In this document: one piece after another, positions 37,252 through 46,169 of the stretch
How positions within the stretch are numbered: position 1 is the stretch's first letter
How the letters are laid out: every line of letters begins with the position of its first letter
Assembly: GCA_041666045.1 (NCBI GenBank)
Contig: JBAYHR010000005.1
Location: forward strand, 1-53,373
Direction: 5' to 3'
Source: Minisyncoccota bacterium
Lineage (GTDB): Bacteria; Patescibacteriota; Minisyncoccia; Phycocordibacterales; UBA9973
DNA: 53,373 nt
The notes under the pieces: model-generated
What the model was told of the DNA's origin: nothing
What the model saw: only the letters and a program-made list of their open reading frames with translations
The model's database searches: none
Program-made: the position numbers and the translations under genes

Positions 37252-39266
37252 ATATAAATTGTTTTAATTTGATCTCCCTCCCCTTCTTTTTCTAAAATAT
37301 CAGCTGGAATATCCGCAATAAATTCTGATGGAGCATTTATTTGTCTTGATCCGAATATTGTACGGAAGTTTGCAAATGATAAAAATAATTTTTCTTTTGC
37401 GCGAGTAAGTGCTACATAAAAAAGTCTGCGTTCTTCTTCAGCGTCTTCTGTCTTATTGTCTTTTTGATGAGGGAAGAGTCCGTATTCTAATCCTGTTATA
37501 AAAACATATTTGAATTCTAATCCTTTTGATGCATGTACTGTCATTAGTTTAACAGCGTTTACTTTTTCCTTCTTCTCCCCACCGTCTATTAATGAATCTT
37601 GATCTGATGCAAGCGACGCATCTTCTAGAAGTTTTTCTATTCCAGTTCCGTCTTCTAGGTAGTCATATTTTAATGCTAAAGTTGCTAATTCCTTTATATT
37701 TTCAAGCCTTTCTAGGTCTTCTTCTGTCCCAGTGGAAAGCTCAGTTTCAATACCAGATTTTTTAACCGTGAATTTTATTACCTCAGAAGCTTTAGAATTT
37801 TTAATTTTTTCTTTTATTTCTTCTAATGTATTATAAAAATTATTAATTTTTAATTGCATTTTTATTGGCAAAGTTTCTCTTTCTCCGGAAAAAATTTTAG
37901 CAAGAGTTGTTTTCCCTATTCCTCTCGTTGGGAAATTTATTATTCTTTTTATGTCAGATAAACTTTCAGGATTTAATGCTGCGCGTAAATATGCGAGCGT
38001 ATCTTTTATTTCTTTTCTTTCAAAAAATTTAATACCAAGTACTTGATATGGGATATTATATCGAAGCATTGCTTCTTCTAATACCCGAGATTGGAAATTT
38101 GCGCGGTATAAAATTGCAATCTCAGATAGATCTGAGGATTTATTTTGGAGGGGTGTCTCGCAGATTGACGAGTCGAGAGGCAGCGCTGAGCGAGCACACT
38201 CAGACAGCGACCCATCCAAAATAGAATCCTCAGGTCTATCTTGAATCTCTAAAATTTTTGTTGCTACGAATTCTGCTTCATCGTTTTCATCCAATGCTTC
38301 ATATAGAGATATTTTTTCTCCTATTTCATTTTTTGTGAAAAGATTTTTGTCAGGTCGGTATTTATTTTTTTTTATTACTTCATTCGCTGCTTCGAGAATG
38401 TTTTGAGTTGAACGATAATTTTCTTCAAGAAGAATAATTTTTGCATTTGGATAATCTTTTTCAAAGTTTAATATATTTTTTAGATTTGCTCCACGCCAAG
38501 AATAAATATTTTGATCGGCATCTCCAACAACACAAATATTTTTATTGTTTTCAGAAAGTAAACGAGACATTAAATACTGCACCTCGTTTGTGTCTTGATA
38601 CTCGTCTATGTGAATGTATTTCCATTTTTCTTGATATATTTTTCTTATTTTCTCATTTTCTTTTAATAATTTTGTCGCTTTTAAAAGTAAATCATCAAAA
38701 TCTAATGAATTTTCTTTCATTTTTCTCTTTTCATAAATATTCCAAACTTGGGCAACAATTTTTCCTAAATAATCAACAGATTTTTCTGCATAATCAGATA
38801 GATGTGTGAATTTTCCTTTTTCTCGGCTGATTATATTTTTTATTTTTTTAGGCTCATATTGTTTTGGGTCTAAATTTAGCTCTTTTATAGTTTCTTTTAT
38901 TATTGAAATTGAATCTGATTCGTCTAAAATAGTAAAATATCTTGTTAATCCTAGTATTTTTGCATTTTCTTTTATTATATGGACACCAAGAGAGTGAAAT
39001 GTTGATACGAAAGGGATGGTATTTTGTCCTTTAGCGCTTTTTTCTATTTCTGAAATTATACGTTCACGCATTTCTTTTGCGGCTTTATTTGTGAAGGTTA
39101 CAGCTAAAATATTATCTGGAGAAATACCATTTTTTATTAAATTTATTATTCTGTGCGTTATTGTTTTTGTCTTTCCTGCGCCAGCTCCAGCAACAATAAG
39201 AAGCGGGCCTTCTATATGGCTGGCAGCTTCTTTTTGTGCACTATTTAATCCTTTTAAATGCTCCAT
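37248..39266 (-). CDS. ATP-dependent DNA helicase UvrD/PcrA
   Basis: 672 aa with AGAGAGKTKTITHRI, IHIDEYQDTN and VHASKGLEF. Carries an insertion of about 39 aa. Confidence 0.9.
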   Translation of the reverse strand: MEHLKGLNSAQKEAASHIEGPLLIVAGAGAGKTKTITHRIINLIKNGISPDNILAVTFTNKAAKEMRERIISEIEKSAKGQNTIPFVSTFHSLGVHIIKENAKILGLTRYFTILDESDSISIIKETIKELNLDPKQYEPKKIKNIISREKGKFTHLSDYAEKSVDYLGKIVAQVWNIYEKRKMKENSLDFDDLLLKATKLLKENEKIRKIYQEKWKYIHIDEYQDTNEVQYLMSRLLSENNKNICVVGDADQNIYSWRGANLKNILNFEKDYPNAKIILLEENYRSTQNILEAANEVIKKNKYRPDKNLFTKNEIGEKISLYEALDENDEAEFVATKILEIQDRPEDSILDGSLSECARSALPLDSSICETPLQNKSSDLSEIAILYRANFQSRVLEEAMLRYNIPYQVLGIKFFERKEIKDTLAYLRAALNPESLSDIKRIINFPTRGIGKTTLAKIFSGERETLPIKMQLKINNFYNTLEEIKEKIKNSKASEVIKFTVKKSGIETELSTGTEEDLERLENIKELATLALKYDYLEDGTGIEKLLEDASLASDQDSLIDGGEKKEKVNAVKLMTVHASKGLEFKYVFITGLEYGLFPHQKDNKTEDAEEERRLFYVALTRAKEKLFLSFANFRTIFGSRQINAPSEFIADIPADILEKEGEGDQIKTIYI
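38124..38241. repeat. about 118-nt GC-rich palindromic insertion element, in frame in uvrD
   Basis: Arms of about 32 nt, agatagatctgaggatttattttggaggggt / acccatccaaaatagaatcctcaggtctatct (2 mismatches, 1 indel). The GC-rich core has sub-hairpins (ctgag..ctcag). Confidence 0.65.
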
Positions 39267-39286
39267 GCTCTATAATATAGCACAGA

Positions 39287-39592
39287 TTATTCTCCTATTT
39301 GATCCATTATATTAGAAGTTTTATTTTTGAATTTTTCAGCTTCTTCTTTAACTATTTTTTCAAAATCTTTTACTTTATCTTTTAGAAAAGAAAAAATTTC
39401 TTCAGGTTTTCCTTCATTATCAAGAATTTTTTCAAAATCATCTTGATCTTTTTCTGACATTGTTTCCATAACGCGCATTAATACATTTTGATAAATTACA
39501 GCTCCTGTACGAATTAAAATTTCTTCAGCTTCTTCTCTTGGAAGATTGTCTAGATCAAGTATTTCAATTATATTTTTTTCTATTGGATTCAT
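39287..39592 (-). CDS. hypothetical small helical acidic protein
   Basis: 101-aa ORF. No family recognised. Confidence 0.45.
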   Translation of the reverse strand: MNPIEKNIIEILDLDNLPREEAEEILIRTGAVIYQNVLMRVMETMSEKDQDDFEKILDNEGKPEEIFSFLKDKVKDFEKIVKEEAEKFKNKTSNIMDQIGE

Positions 39593-39613
39593 ATATTTTT
39601 AATTAATTATAAT

Positions 39614-42600
39614 TTAAAGTTTAATTTTATTTTGTAATCCATTTAATATCACAAATTTTTCACAACGCAGTAAATATTCATTTGGTGTTTCCCCTATTTG
39701 GATAAGTGTTTGTGGAATAGGTTCAAGACCAGTAACTTCATGAAGATTTTTAAAATGTAAAATTAGAGATTTGTATGTTTCATTTGTATTGTTTATGTTT
39801 GTATGAAGCATTTTTTCAGCAGTTAATTGATGAGAGTCTTTTATTGCATACCACGCGTGATTATTTTCTTCATTAGGAAAAATGTGTTCTATATTATTTT
39901 CATGCATTATATTTACTTGTTCTAATTGTTGAGGTGATAATGCTTTGTCTAAAAGTTCCGTTGTTGTTATGTTTTTTAGCAAGTAATTATGCGCCATATT
40001 TTTTACACTTCCCATTGAATTTTTAGAATGACGCGCAATTTCCTCAGGTCTTGCTTGCATTAATTCATTTTCATTTTTTATTTCCACAGTATTTTCTATG
40101 TGTTTTGGTGTTTCTATAGCGTTCATTGTTTCCATCTTTTCATAATTTGCATCATGAACACCTATATTTGTTTCCGGAGTTTCTTGTGTTGGGAGATCAT
40201 ATTCTGATGGATTATTTATATGATTTTGTTCTATGTTTTCACCGGTAACTGCATCTTCTTGTGGTGGAATTGCGTATGGATTTTGATTATTTTGAATATT
40301 ATCATTTGTGTGATTTATATTTTTATTCGAATCAAACATGTCTCCCTTATATTGTTCTGCGATATCTCCCTTAATTAAAACTTGATTGTGTTCAACCCCT
40401 TTCATATCGGTATATTCTGTTTCTATTTGTCCTGATGGAACTTTGTCTCCATAATAATCATGTATTTCTTTTTTTAGATCATCGATAGTTTGAATAGCTC
40501 CACGAGAACTATATTGGACTTCAATTTTATGTCCATCTGCGCCAACAAAAGTTACTGTCCCGTGTTGAACATTCATACTTTCCGCTTCAGTTTCTGGATT
40601 ATACATTCCAAGTTTAATTGCATCCTGAGTAGAATTTGTTTGCATAAATTCTTGTATGCCTTTTGATTCAGTTACTTTATTTATTTCTTCTGTTAGGTTT
40701 TCTTTTGGAATATTCTTTAGTTCTTCAGTTTTTATGTTTAGGTTTTCGTTTTGATTTATATTTGCAACATTTCCTTTTGGAACATTTTGATTTTGTAATT
40801 GTTCATGATTTACAGGGGTATTTTCAGTGTGTATATTTGTTTTTGGCTCTAAGTTTCCATTGATATTTGCTTGTTCAGGAGATAGTCCATGAGCTAGACT
40901 TCCCATTTCATAAGAAGCAAGTCCTCCAGCTGCTAGTGTTATCAATGATTTTGTTATTAAGCGTTCTCTTTTTGCTTTTCTTTCCCTTTCTAATATTTCA
41001 GCATATTCTTTTTTATTTTTTACAAAACTTGTGTCAAAAGATTCTTCGGCAAATATTTTTGATAATTCTTTTTCTTCCGTTTCTCTTTTTTCAGTTGAAG
41101 TTTTTTTATTAAATAACCAGTTGTAAGCTTTTGTGCTGTATTCAAAAATTTTATTTGCAGTTTGTCCAGTAATACTTCCAGCAATTCCACGTGCTAATCT
41201 AGTTCCAGCATAAGAGGCCAATGCTCCTGCTCCTAAAGATGCTCCAGATGGGACAAATGCAACAATTCCTGTTGTTAATAGAGTAGTAACAGCTATTTTT
41301 GCTGCTCTGTTTTTCCATTTTATTTTTGATTTACTTTCATCAAACCATTGTTTTGAATATAAATCTAACGCTTTTTTCCATAATGCTTTTTCTTTAGCAG
41401 GAAGTTTTTCTGCTTTTAAAGAATTTAATAAACTTTGTTCCTCTATTATTATTTTTGTAAAGATTTCGTTTGATTTATAGCGTTTTAATTCAACTTTTTG
41501 TTCTTCTGCTGATAATTTAGACTTTTTAAGTTCTTCTTCTTTTTCAGCATACATTTTTTTACCGTATTCTATCGTAGATTTTTCATATTCTTTTTCTAGA
41601 TCTTTTAAGAATTTTGGAGTATCTCCCTCTTTAACTTCTGATCCAAAAATTTTTCTGCTAACATTTGTAAACCAACTAGAACTCTTTTTTCTATCTTTTA
41701 GAAATTGTCTGTATCCTCTAGCGTACATTTCACGGGTGGTATCAAGTTCTAATTCTATGTAACCAAATTCTATGTTTTTTATAATTTCATTTATTTCTAA
41801 TGTTTTGTACGAAAAGATTGCTTGTTCTCTTTTAGATAAAGATTTAAAAGCCCAAACTTTTTTGGCAATGTTTTTTAATCTTTCATCACTAACTTTATTA
41901 TTATCAACATAATCTTTATATTCTTGATCAGATATATTTTCTTCTTCTGTTTTTATTGATTTTGGTTCATTTTTTACTTGATTTTTTTCTTCAGCTATTT
42001 CTTTTTTTACAAATTTCTCATAAAGCTTTTCATTTAAAATTTTTATTTCCTTTTTGTTTCCAATTTTTATAGTTTCTGCAAGTTCATTTTCAAGTTTGTT
42101 TTTTTCTTTAATAGCTATTTCCTTTTCTGCAATTTGTTTAAAAATATTTGTGAATGATTTATTTGCTTTTTGAATAGTTTCTTCGTCTTTTTTATTAATA
42201 TAGTTCTTATAACCCCTGCCAGGAGCAATATAATCTTCTGTTGCGGGCACTTTCTTTTCTTCATCTGTTGAAGTTGTCATTAATTCTTTTTTAATCCATT
42301 TAAACCTCTCTCTTTTTGGTTTATTTTCTTCTTCATCAGATATTTCTTCATTTTTTACCTCACTTTCTTTTTCTATTTTTTTCATTCCCATATCGGTAAA
42401 TTCCAAAACATCTCCTGCTTTGTAAGTTTTTTCTTCAGTATTTGTATTTTTGGGTGCTGTTATATCTTTTTCAATGACATTTTCCGCTTTTTCTATGCTT
42501 TCTTCCCCCTTTTTACTTAAGTCTGGCACATCATCTGACTTTTCAAACTTAGCAGTAATAAGATTACTTATTCCTTTTGCTAAGTTTTCAGGGTCAGTTT

Positions 42601-42628
42601 TTATTTTTAATAGGTTGTCTCTTTTCAT
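39614..42628 (-). CDS. large charged coiled-coil protein with a central membrane-spanning region
   Basis: 1004 aa. The N-terminal half is K/E-rich. Central Gly/Ala-rich hydrophobic segments include AVTTLLTTGIVAFVPSGASLGAGALASYAG and LITLAAGGLASYEMGSLAHGL. The C-terminal half is N/Q-rich. Confidence 0.5.
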   Translation of the reverse strand: MKRDNLLKIKTDPENLAKGISNLITAKFEKSDDVPDLSKKGEESIEKAENVIEKDITAPKNTNTEEKTYKAGDVLEFTDMGMKKIEKESEVKNEEISDEEENKPKRERFKWIKKELMTTSTDEEKKVPATEDYIAPGRGYKNYINKKDEETIQKANKSFTNIFKQIAEKEIAIKEKNKLENELAETIKIGNKKEIKILNEKLYEKFVKKEIAEEKNQVKNEPKSIKTEEENISDQEYKDYVDNNKVSDERLKNIAKKVWAFKSLSKREQAIFSYKTLEINEIIKNIEFGYIELELDTTREMYARGYRQFLKDRKKSSSWFTNVSRKIFGSEVKEGDTPKFLKDLEKEYEKSTIEYGKKMYAEKEEELKKSKLSAEEQKVELKRYKSNEIFTKIIIEEQSLLNSLKAEKLPAKEKALWKKALDLYSKQWFDESKSKIKWKNRAAKIAVTTLLTTGIVAFVPSGASLGAGALASYAGTRLARGIAGSITGQTANKIFEYSTKAYNWLFNKKTSTEKRETEEKELSKIFAEESFDTSFVKNKKEYAEILERERKAKRERLITKSLITLAAGGLASYEMGSLAHGLSPEQANINGNLEPKTNIHTENTPVNHEQLQNQNVPKGNVANINQNENLNIKTEELKNIPKENLTEEINKVTESKGIQEFMQTNSTQDAIKLGMYNPETEAESMNVQHGTVTFVGADGHKIEVQYSSRGAIQTIDDLKKEIHDYYGDKVPSGQIETEYTDMKGVEHNQVLIKGDIAEQYKGDMFDSNKNINHTNDNIQNNQNPYAIPPQEDAVTGENIEQNHINNPSEYDLPTQETPETNIGVHDANYEKMETMNAIETPKHIENTVEIKNENELMQARPEEIARHSKNSMGSVKNMAHNYLLKNITTTELLDKALSPQQLEQVNIMHENNIEHIFPNEENNHAWYAIKDSHQLTAEKMLHTNINNTNETYKSLILHFKNLHEVTGLEPIPQTLIQIGETPNEYLLRCEKFVILNGLQNKIKL

Positions 42629-42674
42629 AAGTTATTTAAATTATATCATTTTTTAATAAAAAGTAAAGTTTTTA

Positions 42675-43775
42675 TTATTCTAAAATTTTTACATCGTTTT
42701 CCATTTTTTGTATTATATCTTCCCACCTTTTTTCATCAAAAGCATTTTTTTCTTGCATTATAAAAATAAATAATTTCCCTGCTTTTTTATCAACTTTAAT
42801 AAAATTTGGCAGAATATGTTCTTTGAAAGTTTTATCGAAAACATTAATACAACGATAACTTATCCCTTTTGAGCTTGCTGTATCAAGCATTTTTTCTGTT
42901 CTTTCTTCTTTTTCTTTTGGATATATTATGTGAATTCCTAGATTGTTTATTTTATCGCCATTTATATCATATCCCAATAATTTTAAACCACCATTTTCTC
43001 CATAAAGTTTTTTATCTTTTTCTGTAATATAATCAGTAAACATATATATTCCAGCTGGTGTTGTATATCCAGCAGTTTGATCCCCTTTTTCTCTTCCTAT
43101 TCCAACGGTATCTTTTGTTACAACTCTTCCCTGTTTGGTTATTTCATAAACTGTAGGACTTTTTAGATTACTTTTATCTAAAAGATAGAATTTATCTTGT
43201 ATAATTTCTCTATTTTTAAATAATCCTATTGGTTTTTCTAAATCATTTGGAATTTGTTCTTTTAAGAAAATCTTTTCATTTTTATATGTTTTTATATTTT
43301 CTGTATCAATTTTAGGGTTTGTTATATTTGTTTTGTTTTTTAATTCTTCATTTTCAGTAGTTTGTTTATTGTTTTTTTTACCAGAAAATGGCGCTAAAAG
43401 AATGGCACCTATTAATATTATTTTTTTTATCCATCCTGTAGCTGTTTTATCGTTTTTTATTATTTTTTCAATTTTTTCCTCGCTTTCTTTAGATATTTTA
43501 CCTTGCTCTATTGCTTCTTCTACTATCATATAAGTTTCTAATTCTTCTTTTGTGGCAGGAATATTGTATTTTTTTAAAAGTTCTAAAAGTTTTAGAATTC
43601 TATTCTCTTCTGGTTCTTTTGTGACCTCTTCAATAAGGTGGTCTATTAAATATTTAATTCTTTTTTCTTTAGATATATTATTTTCATCACCTTTTAATTC
43701 ATCAGATAAAAAAGTTTGATCGTTTTTAGCGACATTTTCTTGTTGATTTATTTTATTTCCTAAATTTTCTGGCAT
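42675..43775 (-). CDS. membrane-anchored protein with an L,D-transpeptidase (YkuD)-like C-terminal domain
   Basis: 366 aa with a central TM (IILIGAILLAPF). The C-domain has LGIHIIYP...SSKGISYRCINVF, resembling the H...S-x-G-C-I-R/N catalytic motif. Confidence 0.45.
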   Translation of the reverse strand: MPENLGNKINQQENVAKNDQTFLSDELKGDENNISKEKRIKYLIDHLIEEVTKEPEENRILKLLELLKKYNIPATKEELETYMIVEEAIEQGKISKESEEKIEKIIKNDKTATGWIKKIILIGAILLAPFSGKKNNKQTTENEELKNKTNITNPKIDTENIKTYKNEKIFLKEQIPNDLEKPIGLFKNREIIQDKFYLLDKSNLKSPTVYEITKQGRVVTKDTVGIGREKGDQTAGYTTPAGIYMFTDYITEKDKKLYGENGGLKLLGYDINGDKINNLGIHIIYPKEKEERTEKMLDTASSKGISYRCINVFDKTFKEHILPNFIKVDKKAGKLFIFIMQEKNAFDEKRWEDIIQKMENDVKILE

Positions 43776-43795
43776 TCCTTTATTTTATCATATAA

Positions 43796-43832
43796 ATAAA
43801 AAAAGCCGTTCTTTTATAGAAACGGCTTTTTA
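43796..43832. terminator. rho-independent terminator (bidirectional shape)
   Basis: aaaaaaagccgtt-cttttataga-aacggcttttt, located 3-prime of gene 43843-44667 on the minus strand. Confidence 0.65.
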
Positions 43833-43842
43833 TTGTTTGACT

Positions 43843-44667
43843 TTATCTGTCCATTGGATCAAGTGTGTATCCAAGGCTCTCAAGTTTTTTAATTTCGTCT
43901 TTTTTATCTGCAAGATCACTTTTTCTAACACGGATGATCTTTTTTTCTTCATTAACATCAATATTACCTTTTTGAGGAATAGAAACTTTTATTGTTCCAA
44001 TTTTTTTAGAATTATTTATTGGAACAGAATTTTTCTGTTTAATGGCAGTATTATCAGCTATAACTGGAGCTTCAATTTTAACATTTTTGGCTTCCTTTTT
44101 TACTTCTTCTCCCTTTTCTTTTAATATTAAAATTTGTTTTGTTGCAAGAAGTTGTTTTAATGATGAGTCAGCTTCTGCTTTGTTTGCATTAGCTTCAGCT
44201 TTTGTTTGGTTTATCAAATCTTCTTTTTCTGCAAGTTGTTGTTCTAATAATGCTTTTGCATTTAGTTCCTTTTGCAGACGTTCAACATTCGCTTCATTTT
44301 TTTGTCTTTCCTGTTGAATTTGAGATTCATAGTAATTCTTAATAGAATCATCTTTTGCTTTTTCTAAGGCAGGATTACTTTTTGATGGAGTTTTTTTTGT
44401 TGGGGTTTTTTTAACTGGTTTTTTGTTCAACGATACATCAGAAGAATCTTTTTCTTCTTTTGAAACTTTTGATTTAGCTGTTTTTTTAACCGGTTTTTTT
44501 GTTTCTGTATTTAAAGAAACATTAAGAGAGTCTTTGCTTGCTTTTTCTTTTCTTATGCGTTCAACTCTTTCTTTTTGTGTTTCTTTTTTATTATTGCTTG
44601 TTTGTGCCTGGCACAAAAAACTTAACCCAAAAAGTAGGGTAATTAAGATAAAACATTTTGTTTTCAT
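43843..44667 (-). CDS. secreted lysine-rich coiled-coil protein
   Basis: 274 aa with a signal peptide (LLFGLSFLCQAQ) and an internal duplication (..VSLN..KKPVKKT.. twice). Confidence 0.5.
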   Translation of the reverse strand: MKTKCFILITLLFGLSFLCQAQTSNNKKETQKERVERIRKEKASKDSLNVSLNTETKKPVKKTAKSKVSKEEKDSSDVSLNKKPVKKTPTKKTPSKSNPALEKAKDDSIKNYYESQIQQERQKNEANVERLQKELNAKALLEQQLAEKEDLINQTKAEANANKAEADSSLKQLLATKQILILKEKGEEVKKEAKNVKIEAPVIADNTAIKQKNSVPINNSKKIGTIKVSIPQKGNIDVNEEKKIIRVRKSDLADKKDEIKKLESLGYTLDPMDR

Positions 44668-44849
44668 GATTTTTTTGATTTTTAGTTTAACATTTAGAAA
44701 TTTAATAGATTGCTTTAATCTCCAAAGAAAAGATCAAAGTAATCTATTAAATAATTCCTAAAAATCAATGTTTTCAATGATCTATGTACTTCTTATAGTA
44801 TAGCATATAAAACCTAACATTGTCAATGTTTGTTGGTAATAGTGTTATT

Positions 44850-45956
44850 TTATTCTTTTTCTATAATCTCCCGTTGTCCCATTAGTTCTTCTATTTTTTT
44901 TATCTTTTCAAGATTTTGTTTTGCGTTTTCTATTAATGCTGGTCGGTTATTTTTTAACATATGCTCATAAAAATCTTTTGCATCTTCTAAATTGTCTACA
45001 GGCGCTTCCGCAGTTAATTCTTCAGTTAATTTATTGATTTCATTAAAAATCTTTTGATTTTCTTTTTCTTCTTTCTTTTCTTCATTTGTTTCGTCTTTTT
45101 TCTCTGGCAGAGCATTCTTTTTTTCTTGCCATTCTTTATATTCTTTTTTGAATTTTTCATCCTGATAAAAATTAATCCATTTTTGTTTTAGAAAGTCTTT
45201 TAAATTTCTTTCGCTAAATCTTGTATAATCTTGAGATAGCACCTTTCCTTTTTTGTTTGTTTTATTTAAATTTAAACACCAAAGAAGTTTAGTTCCGTTT
45301 TTAATTTTTTCTACGCCCTCTATTTTATATTTTATTATTTCAATTTTTTCAGGTTCCCCATTTTTACTTACAACTTCTTTAAGTTCAAATTCTTCACCTT
45401 TTTTAAACTCTTTAATTGGTCCATCTGGCGCGATTTGAAAACTAAAATCTAACTTCTTTTCTTCCTTTTCAGGACTTTTGCTTATTACTTCTTCTTTTTT
45501 TTCTTCATTAATAATTATATTTTCCTTCTTTTTTACATCATCAGGCGCTTTTTGTATTTGAGTTTTTATATCATTCACAACTTCAACTGTTCTTTGTGAC
45601 TCTATTTCTTCTTCATTATTTTTTTCTTTTGGAAAGATTAATTGAATAATATTGCCATTTTTTTGTTCCCAACTTGTTTTTATCTCATTGTCGTTTTCTT
45701 CAGAGTTTTTCAGTTTAATTTCAAATTCTTTGTTTTCAGAGTTTTGTAATGTAATTTCAACGATAGTTCCATTTTTATTTGCTTGGATGTCAGTTATAAT
45801 CAAATCTCCTATTTTAGATCTAAGTTTTAGAGTATGCCCCTTTATATTTATACTTCTTCGAGTATAGAGTTTTTCTTCTTGTTCTTTTTGTTTTTTTAAA
45901 ACTTGAAGATTTTCTAGTCCTTTTCCTATTATTGTCATTTTTTCTTTTTTACTCAT
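44850..45956 (-). CDS. hypothetical K/E-rich protein
   Basis: 368-aa ORF. No family recognised. Confidence 0.45.
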   Translation of the reverse strand: MSKKEKMTIIGKGLENLQVLKKQKEQEEKLYTRRSINIKGHTLKLRSKIGDLIITDIQANKNGTIVEITLQNSENKEFEIKLKNSEENDNEIKTSWEQKNGNIIQLIFPKEKNNEEEIESQRTVEVVNDIKTQIQKAPDDVKKKENIIINEEKKEEVISKSPEKEEKKLDFSFQIAPDGPIKEFKKGEEFELKEVVSKNGEPEKIEIIKYKIEGVEKIKNGTKLLWCLNLNKTNKKGKVLSQDYTRFSERNLKDFLKQKWINFYQDEKFKKEYKEWQEKKNALPEKKDETNEEKKEEKENQKIFNEINKLTEELTAEAPVDNLEDAKDFYEHMLKNNRPALIENAKQNLEKIKKIEELMGQREIIEKE

Positions 45957-46064
45957 AGTATTTTATTATAGAATTTTTAGCTTTTAATGCCTAATTTTTA
46001 CTTAAAACTGCTTATATTATACTTAATTTAAAATAACCTGTCAATTTAGTTTTCCCCACTTCCA

Positions 46065-46093
46065 TTGACTTTTTGCTTGTTTTCGGCTATCCT
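46065..46093 (+). promoter_or_regulatory. sigma70-like promoter (TTGACT-17-TATCCT)
   Basis: Read directly. Lies about 75 nt upstream of the LysM-M23 ORF. Confidence 0.35.
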
Positions 46094-46097
46094 ATAA

Positions 46098-46166
46098 AAA
46101 TACTGATTAGGAGCAGGAAAGAAGTTGACCGAATTCTGAACAGACAGTAACCTTCGTAAGAATCTT
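46098..46166 (+). ncRNA. possible c-di-AMP (ydaO/yuaA-type) riboswitch-like leader, compact or degenerate
   Basis: gaCCGAAUucugaACAGacAGUAACCUuCGUAAGaauc resembles, from memory, the conserved 3-prime segment CCGAAUCCGUCAGCUAACCUCGUAAGCG of the B. subtilis ydaO leader. It sits upstream of a cell-wall hydrolase, a typical regulon member. Confidence 0.35.
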
Positions 46167-46169
46167 TGT

